Shown here: piece by piece, positions 63,824 through 64,000 of the stretch
How positions within the stretch are numbered: position 1 is the first letter of the stretch
How the letters are laid out: every line of letters begins with the position of its first letter
Assembly: GCA_040390065.1 (NCBI GenBank)
Contig: JAZJZE010000009.1
Location: 346,930 to 410,929 of the forward strand
Length of the DNA: 64,000 bases
Reading direction: 5' to 3'
Source: a bacterium
GTDB lineage: Archaea > Thermoplasmatota > E2 > JACPAO01 > JAHFTW01
Notes under the pieces: generated by a model
The model's input: the letters and a program-made list of their open reading frames with translations, nothing else
Database searches by the model: none
What the model was told of the DNA's origin: nothing
Translations under genes and position numbers: made by a program

Positions 63824-64000
63824 CCGAAGCCAACGGGAGCCGGATCCAGAACACCGATCCTTTGCCGGGCCCGTCGCTGCGGCAGCCAATGGCTCCGCCC
63901 TGGTGCTCGACGATGCCCTTGCTGATGTACAGTCCAAGCCCGCTGCCGCCGACGGTGGTCGCGCCCAAGTCATGCACCTGAACGAACGGGGAGAACAAGC
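63810..64000 (-). CDS. Sensor histidine kinase, C-terminal HATPase (partial)
   Basis: LFSPFVQ..GGSGLGLYISKGIVEHQGG..G.GSVFWIRLP. Confidence 0.9.
   Translation of the reverse strand, partial: LFSPFVQVHDLGATTVGGSGLGLYISKGIVEHQGGAIGCRSDGPGKGSVFWIRLPLASATTP

Noticed and set aside
1-64000. Genome-wide TAG recoding (pyrrolysine code)
   Set aside because: Many genes end in TAG at their expected C-termini (gatE, leuD, leuB, htpX, both family A paralogs); only one internal TAG was seen

Overview
High-GC archaeal chromosomal segment, most consistent with a non-methanogenic Thermoplasmatota-type euryarchaeon. Markers are gatDE, the archaeal aroA'/aroB' shikimate operon with a GHMP shikimate kinase, mfnA, hpt, XPD and a histone-fold gene; the taxon is inferred. 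It has a surface/lipoprotein-rich accessory region (0-15 kb), housekeeping blocks (15-37 kb, 53-64 kb), two tRNAs (Leu-TAA, Asn-GTT) and a ~13.5-kb aromatic-amine catabolic cluster (amnA-amnD fusion, amnB, amnC, kynB, LLM monooxygenase, asparaginase-II-like, SDR, Rieske, crotonase). Gene calls do not explain five things. (1) A family of ~60-85-nt palindromes built from tandem 9-mers, mostly translated in-frame inside enzymes of the catabolic operon, including a homologous N-terminal cassette on two unrelated enzymes. (2) Three local, gene-orientation-independent strand-composition flips, each centred on a tiny RHH or Zn-finger gene. (3) A duplicated secreted-protein/lipoprotein module with a positionally conserved promoter and palindromic operator. 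(4) A 276-bp MITE. (5) An in-frame TAG within a conserved motif of a surface protein. All annotations come from reading the sequence and recalled family motifs; no searches were run.
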